From Phoronis australis (lineage: Eukaryota > Animalia > Phoronida): a stretch of DNA of 64,000 nucleotides. The translations under genes were made by a program, and so were the position numbers. The stretch is taken from NCBI GenBank assembly GCA_002633005.1, contig NMRA01000624.1, positions 179,010 to 243,009 on the forward strand, in the 5' to 3' direction. Position 1 is the stretch's first letter; every line of letters starts with the position of its first letter. Positions 12,501 through 27,800 of the stretch are shown here, one piece after another. The notes under the pieces were generated by a model. The model was not told the origin of the DNA, did not search any database, and saw only the letters and a list, made by a program, of their open reading frames with translations.

Positions 12501-15500
12501 ATCCCCTTTTTGTTGCTGTGTTTACTTCTTTGACAACATCGCTGACCTTGTGCACGCGCGGCATCATTCAATAGATGGGGCATTCAGCCTCGTCTCCAGC
12601 CTCAACATGGTGCTGATCAGTTAAAGTATTTGAGGATTGGTAATGGGAAATGAAATGTGTCAGAATTTTTACAGAAATTGCCGGAATGGCACACGTAATT
12701 TCAAAAATTTCTGCAGTTTTCAAAATAAAACTAATGGTATATTGTAGCAATTTAGATCCAAATTATTGCAAAAATGATGTATTTTGATTCAAAAACAGGT
12801 TAATACTATTCATAAATAAGAATTGAAAAAAGCGCAACCTTTATATTCAGACAATAAGTAAAACAATGCCTTCTGTCTCACGAATGGCTGCAATGTGAAA
12901 ATAATTACCATCTGACCTTGTTCAATGACGTCAAGGCATCGGTCAATCGTGCAGAAAGTAATTCCCATAACCAAGCCTCAAATGGCTAAACCCATAAGCG
13001 TTGAAAAGGTCACATCAGTGTCACAATTGTGTGTAAACACAGTGCAAAACCATCAATTGATGCTCATAAGACTTTTTGTAACACATTGTGAAGTATTTTT
13101 TAGGAATTTCAAAATGGTAACAAAATAGAAATTTTTGGAAGAAATGGAATGAATATAAAGTCGCTATTCTTCTGAAAATATTTATTACAAGAAACTGAAG
13201 TCCTACAACCAGCTCTAATACTTGTGTTAGGAAAGGATGAAACATTTATATCTTGCAGATTATACATTTCAAATAAGTTTCATGTTGGAATGGTATGCAG
13301 TGTCTAGGTAATTCTTATTATGCATAACTTATCTGGAAAATGTATAGTTGAGTCTTTGAGTTTGTACTCTAAGCTACTAAGCAGGGTTTGTTTTATTTCA
13401 GGGATTGTGATCAAGGTGCACAGTAATACTAATGCAAGCTTTATAGTAAAAGAGGCACCATGCTCCGAAACGCTGGAGACAGGGAGGGAGGGCGAAGACT
13501 GTTTGAAGCTGCCAGTCCACTAATAAGCCTGGGACAGTTTTGTAAAAAATAATTACCGGTAGTTGCTTAGTTGTCATTTATATAATTCATAATTTTTTGT
13601 AAGTATTTTACCTGAGCAGTTTCACAGTAACAAATGTATTAAAGAACAAGAGTCTTTCCTTCATGTAAGTCGCAGCTGCACATGCAATACCCACAAACAT
13701 TAATATTCCTGCATTCGGCCTGTAAAGGCACCACAAGTGGTTCAACATTGGCACTGTACTGGTCCACCACTGTACTTTCGTCTATGTAATTTGTGTACTG
13801 GCTTAATATGAGCCCATCAAAGGCCCTGTACTGTGCCAACACAGTCTGTCAATACTGGCCCTTTACAGGGCCGAAACCGGTTATTGGTGTACTGGCCCAG
13901 TAATGGCGTGGTACTGGTCCTTTACTGGCTCGATATCGCAATCTAGTACCGGGGCCAATACGTATTTTCACATTTTTATCATTTGCTTTGTGTTATATAC
14001 TTCTTTACAATATATCTCGTATAACATTGGAGTAACCATGCCAAATGACGTCGTACGGATGTCGCAATATATTGCTTAATTTACATGTATGAGATCTATG
14101 CGACGGGCGTGAACGTGTTGAATGGTTATCGCTTATGGAACACTTTCATTGTTTTCCTATTTGTTCGACGTAACAATACAGGTTGCTTGGATATTGCAGA
14201 TTTGGCGCATGTCAACCCGTTACCCATTAATGCTTGCTGATATATTTATGAAAAGAAAGAAAAACAAAGTGAACAATGGAAACAGCTATCTATCGATATC
14301 TATTCGACGCGCTTGCCATATAGTTTACCTTGGGTTTATGTTTTTTAGTTAACAGTTTGTTTTTAAACGGTATTTACTGAATAAATTACATACATATAAA
14401 GTTCCTCTCACTCTCCCAAACAGTAGTTTAAATCTACCATTCACTGTTCAAAGAGCAGACAAGATGATTACACTTTTTCGGGACCGACACTTGTAACGTT
14501 GGTACATGTAGCTCTTTGATTTGATGTGGTCGCTTTATGCTTTATGTTTTTGTTTCCAAACTTGCTGAAACGACTTTTTAAGTACATAAAAGCAGAGAAA
14601 ATCCAGCTTAGCTCATGGTCCGAGTCTCTGGTCCTGCAACCTAGATGGAGTCGAGTTTGTATAGCCTGCGTCTACATGTTGTGGGGCGTGGGTCGAAGGG
14701 GTCGTGTACCGTGGGTCGATGGTCGAGACGGTTGTTGGTCGAGGGGGTTGCAGGGTGCGGGGGTCGAGTGGGTCAAAGGGGTTTCAGAATAAATGAGTTT
14801 TCGACTGGAAAACAGGTGGTGTCTGCTCTTCGTGGAATTACGTGGGATGACGGCGCTACACATTCAAAACTCCGCAAACCCATACGCTTACGATAAAGCA
14901 ATGAACCTTCCCCAGCTGCTTTCTCACCCAGTGGTGACTATACATCGACGAAAAAAAGCCGAACTGTTCAGATGTAACCTGCCCAACCTCTAAAAATCCT
15001 CTAATGTCCCTCCTGATCTGGACATGGCTACCTCCATTCCTTTGCAGACGTCCTGTAATGCTGCCATATAATAATGAAGTGGCCAATCACAGGTACGACA
15101 TATTGATAACCAGATTTCTCCACTGCACACAGTTTAAACCTTGCCGTCAAAAGATATCTGTAATCTTAGTTTCATACAGTCCAAATAACTACATGTCATA
15201 ACAATCACTAAAGTGAAAAAAAATGTTTAATAAATTGCGAGGTGGTATATTCCTTAATTCTCAAAAATTTCAATGTAATTTTCAAATGTCCTGTCAATCA
15301 AATGTATCGTGTCAAACTCTTCCATGCTCTTGATTCTATTGTTGGCGTCAACTCAATTTAGCACACCTTACCTAATAATCAATTTTCATTTTAGTCTTAT
15401 GGGTCGCATCAACTTAATTTGGATATGAGTATGTTTAATAGATATAATATCCACTTTAATTTATACTGTAACAGCAAATTCTATTTTAGCTACAATACTC

Positions 15501-18500
15501 AGTAATATTGTCTCTGTGTTGATTTGTGTTTTTTAATCAGGTTTTTATACCACAGGAATTGTGTTTTGTAATTTTAATATCTGTCAGTAGTCATCTTTTT
15601 AAAAAAACATGAATCTATAAATTTTGTTGTTGTTATTGTGATTGTTAATCTGCCTGTATTTAATGTTATAGATTTGCAGGCAGAAATTGCATCACGTTTT
15701 GTTTATGTATTTTTTTCAAATGAAATCATTAGACGTCTACCAAAAAAATGACGTCACACGAGCGTCACGAAACTGTGGCAGAGGTCGTTTTTCCGAAGAT
15801 GTACGTGCACATATTTTGGATAACTCTAACAGGTTAGTCTTTTATTATACAAATATATTCAGACTAATGTGACTTAACCGAATAAGAATCAACTCGCTGC
15901 AAAATCGGTCAAAAACTGCAACGCAACACAAAAATAATGCGCAAGTCCATGCAAAATTTGCGTGCAAACGGACGAACTGGTGTTATGCGAGTACGGTAAA
16001 TTCGAAACATTGTCGACATAGTGTTGGAAAATGGCTGCCAAAAATGTCAACCTTTGCAATTTGTATATGTGCACAGCAGGACAGGGACGTTTTGGTATTG
16101 GGTACAACAAAAGCATATCCGTAAGGTGTGTTGAAATTGTGTATCAGTGCTAGAATTACCAAAGGACAAATGCGTTTAAGTTCGGCTAAGGGTTTTGACT
16201 ATCGCTTACACCTGATTACACGGCGGTAAATAATTTCCACTAATAAGACAAGTAATAACTACTGAGTCGACTCCATCTGAAGATGTGATACACAATTTCA
16301 GTAAAATTGTCTGTGTTTGTCAAGTCATTCTTCTTCAAAAAACTTCAGACCTATTGGTGTTTTAAATAATTTATTTTTCAATGTGAAACAAATTCTGATT
16401 AATTAAATATCAACTCTTTTATTCAAATACCATTTTCCAGTTTTCTGTCCCTAATAGCACAGTGCGAGAGCGCGTTTATAGACGTCGGGCAGGATACTAT
16501 TTATTAGGATGAGATGGTCAAAATTACATTGTACATGTAGGCTCGCATAAGCACTGGAGTATTGAAACACTAAATGTTCGTGTGAGAGTTGCCTCACTAG
16601 TTATTCTAATGCATTGATTAGTTCGTGTCGTGTTTCAGCCACGACCCCTCTTGTGACCCCGACTGAAGGTAGGTGTAAATCAGTCTATTCGCCATTTTGT
16701 GTAACCGAGTTGGTGCTGGTTGTTTATTTCTTCATAGAGAAATTCCTGAAAGAATTATTTCACTGCCAAAAGTTTATGTCTTATAGATAAGTAGAGCACA
16801 CGCCGGGGCATTTTGTTACCAACTGGGTCATACATGTAAATTAACTTGTTGTAGTGTGTTTCACACGCACCTGTATTCAGCGTTGATCTTCAGTAGTTGC
16901 AGATGAGGCTTGGGCGCCAAGTCTTGTTGTTTGAAACTGTCTGATGGGGAACTGGAAGTGTCGTAACATTGAATAGATTGTGCAGAGCGTTCTCATCTAG
17001 GTTATATAAGTCCAGACTGACCAGTCCACAATCAATCTGTTCATTGGTTTTCCACACAGTCTTCAAACTGGTAAACTTATTCTGTATTGCCTAAAACGCC
17101 CTTAGAATCACAACATAACAAATCANAGGGGGTTGCAGGGTGCGGGGGTCGAGGGTGTCAAAGGGGTTTCAGAATAAATGAGTTTTCGACTGGAAAACAG
17201 GTGGTGTCTGCTCTTCGTGGAATTACGTGAGATGACGGCGCTACACATTCAAAACTCCGCAAACCCATACGCTTACGATAAAAGCAATGAACCTTCCCCA
17301 GCTGCTTTCTCACCCAGTGGTGACTATACATCGACGAAAAAAGGCCGAACTGTTCAGATGTAACCTGCCCAACCTCTAAAAATCCTCTAATGTCCCTCCT
17401 GATCTGGACATGGCTACCTCCATTCCTTTGCAGACGTCCTGTAATGCTGCCATATAATAATGAAGTGGCCAATCACAGGTACGACATATTGGTAACCAGA
17501 TTTCTCCACTGCACACAGTTTAAACCTTGCCGTCAAAAGATATCTGTAATCTTAGTTTCATACAGTCCAAATAACTACATGTCATAACAATCACTAAAGT
17601 GAAAAAAAAATGTTTAATAAATTGCGAGGTGGTATATTCCTTAATTCTCAAAAATTTCAATGTAATTTTCAAATGTCCTGTCAATCAGATGTATCGTGTC
17701 AAACTCTTCCATGCTCTTGATTCTATTGTTGGCGTCAACTCAATTTAGCACACCTTACCTAATAATCAATTTTCATTTTAGTCTCATGGGTCGCATCAAC
17801 TTAATTTGGATATGAGTATGTTTAATAGATATAATATCCACTTTAATTTATACTGTAACAGCAAATTCTATTTTAGCTACAATACTCAGTAATATTGTCT
17901 CTGTGTTGGTATGTGTTTTTTAATCAGGTTTTTATACCACAGGAATTGTGTTTTGTAATTTTAACATCTGTCAGTAGTCATCTTTTTAAAAAAACATAAA
18001 TCTATAAATTTTGTTGTTGTTATTGTGATTGTTAATCTGCCTGTATTTAATGTTATGGATTTGCAGGCAGAAATTGCATCACGTTTTGTTTATGTATTTT
18101 TTTCAAATGAAATCATTAGACGTCTACCAAAAAAATGACGTCACACGAGCGTCACGAAACTGTGGCAGAGGTCGTTTTTCCGAAGATGTACGTGCACATA
18201 TTTTGGATAACTCTAACAGGTTAGTCTTTTATTATACAAATATATTCAGACTCATGTGACTTAACCGAATAAGAATCAACTCGCTGCAAAACCGGTCAAA
18301 AACTGCAACGCAACACAAAAATAATGCGCAAGCCCATGCAAAATTTGCGTGCAAACGGACGAACTGGTGTTATGCGAGTACGGTAAATTCGAAACATTGT
18401 CGACATAGTGTTGAAAAATGGCTGCCAAAAATGTCAACCTTTGCAATTTGTATATGTGCACAGCAGGACAGGGACGTTTTGGTATTGGGTACAACAAAGG

Positions 18501-21500
18501 CATATCCGTAAGGTGTGTTGAAATTGTGTATCAGTGCTAGAGTTACCAAAGGACAAATGCGTTTAAGTTCGGCTAAGGGTTTTGACTATCGCTTACACCT
18601 GATTACACGGCGGTAAATAATTTCCAATAATAAGACAAGTAATAACTACTGAGTCGACTCCATCTGAAGATGTGATACACAATTTCAGTAAAATTGTCTG
18701 TGTTTGTCAAGTCATTCTTCTTCAAAAAACTTCAGACCTATTGGTGTTTTAAATAATTTATTTTTCAATGTGAAACAAATTCTGATTAATTAAATATCAA
18801 CTCTTTTATTCAAATACCATTTTCCAGTTTTCTGTCCCTAATAGCACAGTGCGAGAGCGCGTTTATAGACGTCGGGCAGGATACTATTTATTAGGATGAG
18901 ATGGTCAAAATTACATTGTACATGTAGGCTCGCATAAGCACTGGAGTATTGAAACACTAAATGTTCGTGTGAGAGTTGCCTCACTAGTTATTCTAATGCA
19001 TTGATTAGTTCGTGTCGTGTTTCAGCCACGACCCCTCTTGTGACCCCGACTGAAGGTAGGTGTAAATCAGTCTATTCGCCATTTTGTGTAACCGAGTTGG
19101 TGCTGGTTGTTTATTTCTTCATAGAGAAATTCCTGAAAGAATTATTTCACTGCCAAAAGTTTATGTCTTATAGATAAGTAGAGCACACGCCGGGGCATTT
19201 TGTTACCAACTGGGTCATACATGTAAATTAACTTGTTGTAGTGTGTTTCACACGCACCTGTATTCAGCGTTGATCTTCAGTAGTTGCAGATGAGGCTTGG
19301 GCGCCAAGTCTTGTTGTTTGAAACTGTCTGATGGGGAACTGGAAGTGTCGTAACATTGAATAGATTGTGCAGAGCGTTCTCATCTAGGTTATATAAGTCC
19401 AGACTGACCAGTCCACAATCAATCTGTTCATTGGTTTTCCACACAGTCTTCAAACTGGTAAACTTATTCTGTATTGCCTAAAACGCCCTTAGAATCACAA
19501 CATAACAAATCAACTAAATATATGTACGCAACTGTCCAGAAATCATCCACATGCTAGTCTGCGTCGTTACATGTAAATGGAAATGACCTCAGATTATCTA
19601 TCGAAAAAAGTTACCCCCTTGGCTGAACACAGACTTATACTAGCGTATAAACGCGTTAAAATGTTAGAGCAACGCGATAAATTGTCACTTGCAGACAAGT
19701 CTCACGTTTAAACTGGAACGTATGCAAACTTGAATACAATTGGAACACAAATTGTTGGCCACGTTTCCTGTTCGTTCATCAAAAAATCCTCCAGATGGCA
19801 ATGTAAAAAGTAACTTCCTAAAATTGCACCTAGATGGCATCACTTTACGGGGTAAGAGCACAATTGGCAGAGTTCGAGGCCACCTTTAGTTTAAACAAAT
19901 TTTCATTGTATTAACAATAAATTTTGACTTGTGACGAAAAACTGATAGCGTTTTACAGCATCCCGACCGTGTTTGGATAAACTCGAAGACTGTTCTTCTC
20001 ACGGAGATGTCGACACACTCTGCACAAAGTATAAAGGGTGGTCAATTGTCAACTGCGAAGCTTACTGCGGCTTTTGCAAAAGACCGTCAACAACCACAGG
20101 TACTGTAAGTGTGAAGCGATCGTCTGGGTTCTGAATGGACAAAAGTTTCTCGAATTCTTTGGTAATGTGAACGTTTAAAGACGCTCATAGGAATAACCAG
20201 CCATAGCCGAATTCAACATGTATGCACGTACATGTATATAGAAGAAGTATACATATCCGAATTCATGCGTTTTTGTGGAAATCGTTTATTAAAGTATTTT
20301 ATAATGAGGCGTATGCAGCTAAGATTCACTCGTATGTTGAGGTCGGTGTCTTGTTTGCAGGCACACCACTTGGTGAGGATGCAGAAACATACGTTGCCCG
20401 TGGAATACAATTTTTTGCGAGCAATTATTCGAAGTGATGTCTCAAATAAGATGTCTTGTTATGCGTGACGCATTTTCTACTTAAAATGCATCTACTGAGG
20501 AATAATAGGTAGCAGTACATTTCAGTAACGAACTGCAGATTGTTTAATGTTTTATGTTCGTTGAAAGAAAGAAAGCTAGTAAATTGTTAATTGAATCGGA
20601 CCTCAATAGTGTATCAACACGTTTGTTTGTCTTAAACCTGTTAATTTTACCTTCCCATTAAAACCAGGTAAAGTGGTAACACTTTTCAACTGAAATCGAC
20701 TGAGATTAAATTCAAGTTGCAGCTTGAACACGTGAATGTACATGTATGCTCTACATCTAAGACTTTTTGAACCCTTTAGCAAAAGTCTTCACACTTTTAT
20801 AACCGGCAGGCAAACGAATTTGAAAGCTTTCTGAGAAATTCCATATCACTTACAGCAATCTGGGCTCAAAATAAGGATCTTAGAAAGAAAATCAGTCAAG
20901 TGATTACACTTGTGAGGACTGCCTAAACTTTAACGCTCTGGTAATCTATATATACATGTACCTGTACGGCTACAAACGATGATAAAATTAGCATAAACCG
21001 CAGGCATAGTCCAAAGCTCACAATACTATGCTCATATTTACATGCAGAACAATGTGGTAGTGTCCAAAATCAAGAGTTTTAATGAATTTTAATTATTTGG
21101 GTATTTCGCAATTAGCCGCGTAATGCCAAGTTTTACTCGTATGTGCATTGTGGTATCTTTTGTACAAAAACATTCCTTGTTGACCATCCATCACGTTTCA
21201 GTGTCCGTGGAACACGATTTTACCCGACTCTGTGGGAGCAATCACCCGAAATGATATCTCAGACATATTACTAGACAAGCGAGTCGCCCCAGACATGGCA
21301 TGTCTGGGTCGACACACTTGCCTAGTGATATGTGCAGTATAGCACTGTAACCAATATCAAGGAGTAGGGACACCAGTCTAATTCAATAACAACATGTTGC
21401 AAATTTATTGTTTCATATTCAGTGAAAGATAAACAAGCGAGTACATTATTAATTGGACTGAACTTGAATAATCGTATAATGTTTGGAAATGTAAATCGAA

Positions 21501-21811
21501 CCGTTTGATTATTACTCAATATGAGTTCTAGATAGAAAGGTGCTGGCAATTAACAAAGGCATGTCTATGATCACACACCAAGCAAAGAATTCAAAGGGAA
21601 ACAGTCAACGAAAATTCAAATCAAAACAAGTATCAATAAACGTATTCTCATCTAAGGCATAAATTCAGTGGACTGCACGATATTACAGTTTATTAATCGT
21701 CTATTCGGAGATTGTAATACGTCCAATTTGACTCACTATTTTCATTTTCATGACTATGTTCATTTTCAACATCTATGTTCATTATAACTGTATAAAAGCA
21801 ATAAAGAGAGC

Positions 21812-21857
<46 letters not shown>

Positions 21858-24800
21858 TTATAAATAGCAATAGTTTTAGTTGTAGCAACAGAAACAGCAG
21901 CAGTAGCAGCAGTAGTAGTAATAAAAAACAAAAATAACTGTAACGAACTCAACAAAGATATTAATAACATTCGTTCATAGACAATGGAAAATTCAACAAT
22001 GTGTTATAAGAAATCGATATTGCCAAGAGTTTTTCGCCACCTCAGAGCCTCAAAGAAGGTGGTGGTAAGACGAGCTCGATGCTAACGTAAGTTAACACGA
22101 GTTTTCGCTGAATTGGCAATATCTTTGATCATGTAGCGCTCAACTGATGACGTTTTACAGGACCGAAACCGTGTGTGGATAAAGTAGAAAACTGTGGTTC
22201 TTACGGACACGTCAGCACACTGTGCACGAGGTATAGAAGTTGGGCAAGTGTAAACTGCGAAGCTTACTGCGGCTTTTGTATAGGACGGTCAACAGCGACA
22301 GGTGAGTGAGAGGATATCAATTGGACTGTGCATTGAAACGGCTAGCTTTTACTGCTTTACAGGTGAGATTTAATTTAGTAATTCGTGTTCATTGCAATCA
22401 TGCTTGTGGTGGTTGGATATTGCTCTTGCGAATGGTGAAGTGAATTTCATTGAAACGCTGTAATGCATATAATTTGTGGGTTATCTGGGTGCAGAATCGA
22501 CGTCATAACATGTTGGGCACATCCATATATGCTCAGTCCTCCACCTCAGAAGCTCACGCAGAACACCTAGACTAACTGTTCCAGTAAGATGCTGATTCTG
22601 GATTTTCCGCCAGATTCCTCTTATTGTAGACTTTGATGCGGTTCTCTTGTCTACACCAAACTGTCACAATCTTTCGACTGTTTCCCCAGTTTCCTCTTCC
22701 CGCTTCTCATCCAGAGCAGTAAGCACCTTTGCCTCACCCATCTCCAAGGCTCACTCCCGCAACTTTGTCAGCCCTTTTGTTACCGACAACTCTTGCATGA
22801 CCCGGCGAAAAAATACAGACAAGGGATTCCAGGTGGGTTTTATGTGGCTCTGCTGTAGTTCGCGCAACATGCTTTGTGAGTCTGTCACAATGGCCGTCCT
22901 GTGAATTTTTGCGAGCATAGCCATCTTAAGTTTACCGCGATTATGCTGAACTTCTTGTTAAAGTTATCGGACTAATGAGTTACAGTACAGTACCCACGAG
23001 AGATACGTTCGGCGAATAGTTTACTGTGGTAGTTATTTTGGAATTTTCGGTTGAAAGAAAAGAAGTTCGCTTTGTGCACTGTTCCACCGAATCGTTATCC
23101 CAAGAATGCTGTCCATTTTCACAAGGCTTTACCGTTTCTTGTGATGGTGTAGATGTTCCGGGGCATTATTTTCTGATTCCTCGCTTCACTGCCGTGGGTT
23201 CAACCTAGATGTTTTAAGCCCTGCACACTGACGTCCAAACAGGTACATGTAACAAGAGACGTCTTCTTAGGCCCATTACTGTTTCATGCGAATAGTTCTC
23301 GTTATGTTTCACGATATCCTCTTCAATCCATTATGCTACTTTTCTCTAATAATATCGACAACCATACTTGTCGTTGTCGTCGTCCTCTCTGTCGATCATT
23401 GTTGCGTTTCGCCACATGTCGATCTCTAAACTGCACTCATTTTCATCTCTAGCTTTTAATTCCCAATCGATGCGTGTATATATATATCAGTTCGCGGTAG
23501 AAAGGTGGTGGCAATTCACAAAGGCATGTCTATCATCAAAAATCGAATTATATCTCAAAGTAAAACAGGCAACCAACGTTGGAATAATATAGGTGTTAAT
23601 GAACATTTTCCCACTTAAGATCGAAACACCCTGAACCTCATTAATCTATTGTGTATTAACGTCTTTTGAGATAGTGTACTAGGTCTTTTTCTACATGCAT
23701 TTGTTTTCGTTTTGATGACCACGTTCATTCTAAGCCTTTCGCCCCCTATAATAATAATAACGATTAAAGTTATAACTTCTAGAAATTCAGAAAGAGTATT
23801 TTAATATTAAAATAACATTCAAAACAATAACAATTATTTTTTACTACATTTCAAAGAATTAAACATCGCAACTTGCTTTTTCAATACTTCAGAGAAGGTG
23901 AAGGTAAGTTGAGCTCTCAGCCACCGCGGGATAACACGAGTTTTCACTGAATTAACTGTAAATTTTATAACGTAGCGATTTTCTGGTGACGTTTACAGCA
24001 GCCCGACCGTGTTTGAATAAAGCCGACAACTGTGCTTCTTACGGATCCGTCGACACACTCTGCACGAGGTATAAAAGTTGGGCAAGTGAAAACTGTGAAG
24101 CTTACTGCGGATTTTGCATAGGGCAATCAACGACAGGTAAGTGTGAGGAGATCACCTATGTTTTGAATGGAAACGGAATCTTAAATCTTCTGTTAGTTTA
24201 CACGGATAGAAGCGATAAAACATGTAAGTTTAGCAGTAACTGAAGCCATAACTAGATTTGCATGTAGGAATGCGTACCAATATCCTAATCAAGCGTTTTA
24301 TGACCATTTATTATTTGAGCGTTTCGCGATGAGAGGCATGGTTGCAAACTTTATACGTATGTGAATGTTGGTGTCCTTAATTGTAGAGGCATATTCTTTG
24401 TTGAGGATACAGGAGGATTCAGTGTCTGTGGAATTTTTGGGACTCGAGAGCTTATTTCCTAAATGATATCTCAGATTAGATGTTCTATCCAGCTTGCCTC
24501 ACGTGCGCACTAATATGTAACAATTCAGTGACGTTCTGCAAAGTTTCCTTCGGTGAAAGATAAACAAACGAGTAATATATTATCAATTAAATCGGCCATG
24601 AATAGAGCAAAAAAATTGGAAACAAAACTTAACTGAAAGTGACTGTGCCTAAAATGAAGTTGCCTATAAAACACGTGTATATGCACTTGATCTAAGTGTT
24701 TTTCCAAACCCGTTTTGCGAGACTATTGTTACTGACAGGCAAAAGACACCAATGCCGGGTTGCATGAAACAGTCCCAATTAGGGACTCAAAAAAGTTCCC

Positions 24801-27800
24801 TAAATCTTTTTCCTGTTTGCGTCTTTGTTTACCCACAGATGTAATCGTTTCCTGTCATTTAATCTTTATCATGATCTCCCCTTTTGATTAAAGACATTTT
24901 ATAACAATATCAATAAAATTGAGCCCTGAATTCAATGAAAATAACTAGGCACATGGTCCTTAAGTTAGGAGTTTTGCATGAAGAGATCCCTATACATGTA
25001 AATTTTCGATAATATTGAGAATTCAACGTCCAGTTCACTCTCGATTTGTATGGAAGCCAAAACTTGACTTAGTAATGAAACTAAAACAGCATCAGAAAGG
25101 ACAGTCAGTGTTTTCACAAGTCCACAAACACGCAGTGGATTTTGGGAACTTAGCCGAGTCCCAGTTTGGGACTATTTCATTCAACCGGCAACTGAGTTCC
25201 TTGCTAATTTTCATATCTGCAGATCTTACGACATTTTTTATCAAAATCAGGAGTCTACCAGAAAGGAAACCAGTCAGTCATTCAGTCAGGGTACAATGAG
25301 TGCAGTAATTTGGTGGCTCTACCATCAAGAATGTTTTACATGTACATGTATGTACACTCACACACACGCACACACACACGCACACACATACATGTACATA
25401 TAAATGCAGATATAGTTAAGTAGTTATACGTATACAGCTACATCTACATCTACTGATACATGTTTGTGTATACATATAAACATACCCACATTCATATATT
25501 GCTTACATACAGAGTACGTGATCTTCATGCATAAGTATTTAATGGTTGTATTATTAATATTGAAATAGAATTTAAGAAAGACATTCTTTTGTAGCTATGT
25601 TCCATATTTAGCTAACCCCTTTTTCTTCAATGATGTAATTTCACACAGCGATATTCAACATACATGTATGAGCCACAAACAATACTGTCCAACACGTAGA
25701 TACTGGCATAAACGAGATCCGGTATGGACTGATCGGCGAGTGCACGTCAGTTATGGGTAGTGGAACAGGACAATGTAATTTCCACTACGTTTCGTTTGGA
25801 CACTGTGTTGAATATATCTTCTCCAGAAGTGGAGTAATATGAGGAGTAATACTTTTTCCTGTTATATTTTTTCATCTTCATCGTGGAAGTTTTCATCTCC
25901 AACGGCCACGACATCCATTGCTTTTCACTCCTCTCCACTAATGTCACAACATAGGCCATAAACACCTTTATTGTGGCATATTGTGTTTTGCAATTTTTTG
26001 ATTTTCTGCATTCCTGTGTTTTTATTACGATTTTAATTCATCATGCCTCTTTGTCGTTGTCGACGTCGTTGTTACTGACATGGCTTAAGTCGGCTTTAAA
26101 CTGTGTAACGATCAATTAATCTGAAATTACTCATACAACCGAGTTCATCATGTTGGCTTAAAAAACCATGTTTAATAGTTAAACCAGTACTGCTTTATTC
26201 GCTGTGCGGACCAGGGATCGTGTTAAATGTGCTACTGGGGCAACAGAAATTGGAATTCAGTATGAAAAATGAAACAGTGTTTGATAAGATCGCAGATGAT
26301 GTTCCCCATCCTCAATGGTTACGACTACGACGCCTGCACGTTCAATGGGTTTTTGTTGAGTCATAATTACACATTCGAAGCTTAACCGTCTACTTTTATA
26401 TTTACATCGTCGAAGGTTGAAATTAGTCCTCCTTGCAGAATTGTGTACAGTAGGTGATGCAAACTGCGGAACCGTGTAGCTGCCCAATTGAACACACGAA
26501 GTACATGTACTGTATAACGTACACATCTTAATTCAGGTTCAACCTAGATCGGACCAGGTCTAAAGATAAACCTGATATCAGATCTGAGGAATATAAAACT
26601 CGATGGTGAAATTGAAACTGATTTCGGTTATGTTTGAACAGGATTCAAACCAGGTTTAATTATACAACTGATTTCAATGTTAAAGCACCTTTGGGAATAA
26701 AAATTATCTCTAAAATTACTGTGAGTAAAATGTATGATTACCAACATAACCTTTCAACCACCTTTGTTTATTCGGCTGATTACGTCCACTTTGACCCGAA
26801 ATTTCCATTTTCACTTGTTAGATCAATTTTGAATCCTGAAATAAATATTTACCCGTTAGGTCAAATTTGAACCATTGACATGTTCTTGGGATCAGGTTAT
26901 TTTGCGAGGTGTTTTTGTTTAATTGGCCCTATACATGTATGTATACTCAAATGGTACTATGTTTGTCATAACCGTCCTCCATGTATATAACCACAGCCCA
27001 ATCAACTAATGTATTTTCCGTTACCTCGACAGCGTGTAGCTACAATGTACAAAACACACATGTGCCTATTTCAGTGCAGATCTATACACTACGTTCAAAT
27101 CGTGAACATTTTTCAGATGTAATAAAAACTTGCCGCACTTGCTCGTGTTCGGTATCATCATATGGTCATGGAATAAAAAATCCGAAATATAATTTTACGA
27201 CAACAAATGCAAAAAACGTACCGAGAGTGGCGTACATGAAGTAATATCCCACGAGGCATTATTCCGCATTTCGATACGAGGAATAATGTCGTATTTATCC
27301 CATCCGCTTCGAATTCCTAAGTTTCTTTCAGTTTTTCGCAAATTTTATGCTTCACTCTGACAGTTCACTTGGCGGATCGCGTATGTACATGTATGTACTT
27401 GCGTGTTAGGTTGAAAGTTTTCTTTAGTAAAAGAAACAGTTGTAAATGTAACGACTTGTTACTTGAAAATAGATAACAAAGATGAAAACAAGGGTAACTT
27501 TGCATTGAACTTGTAACATCGCCTGAAAATAGTTCAATAACAACAATATGTGATATTGACGACGAATCGGAGCCTGAGTTGCAGACGATATAATATATAG
27601 AAATTGAAATATAATTGTCATATAAGTAACAGTCCTGTTCCAGGTGTTACGATTGAGACCTGGTGGCACGCTAAGTGGTATTTACACTGCTACAATTGAA
27701 TTATTTTAAGCTATTTTCCGAAACATTGATGATCTAACCGGCTAACGACGTCGAGTCGACATTGACCTACATTTTGAACCTTCAGGTTCAGAGGTCAATG

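Noticed and set aside
14122-14181. Candidate signal-peptide first exon (MVIAYGTLSLFSYLFDVTIQ)
   Set aside because: Weak donor in phase 0, incompatible with the phase-1 ShKT acceptors; poor signal-peptide composition.
21782-21970. Hydrophobic poly-Ile ORF resembling a membrane peptide
   Set aside because: Translation of the (AAT)n microsatellite.
23893-23903. Possible micro-exon before exon D (ttcag AGAAGGTGAAG gtaagt)
   Set aside because: 11 nt would break the frame, and the donor is not conserved at the equivalent positions of other units.
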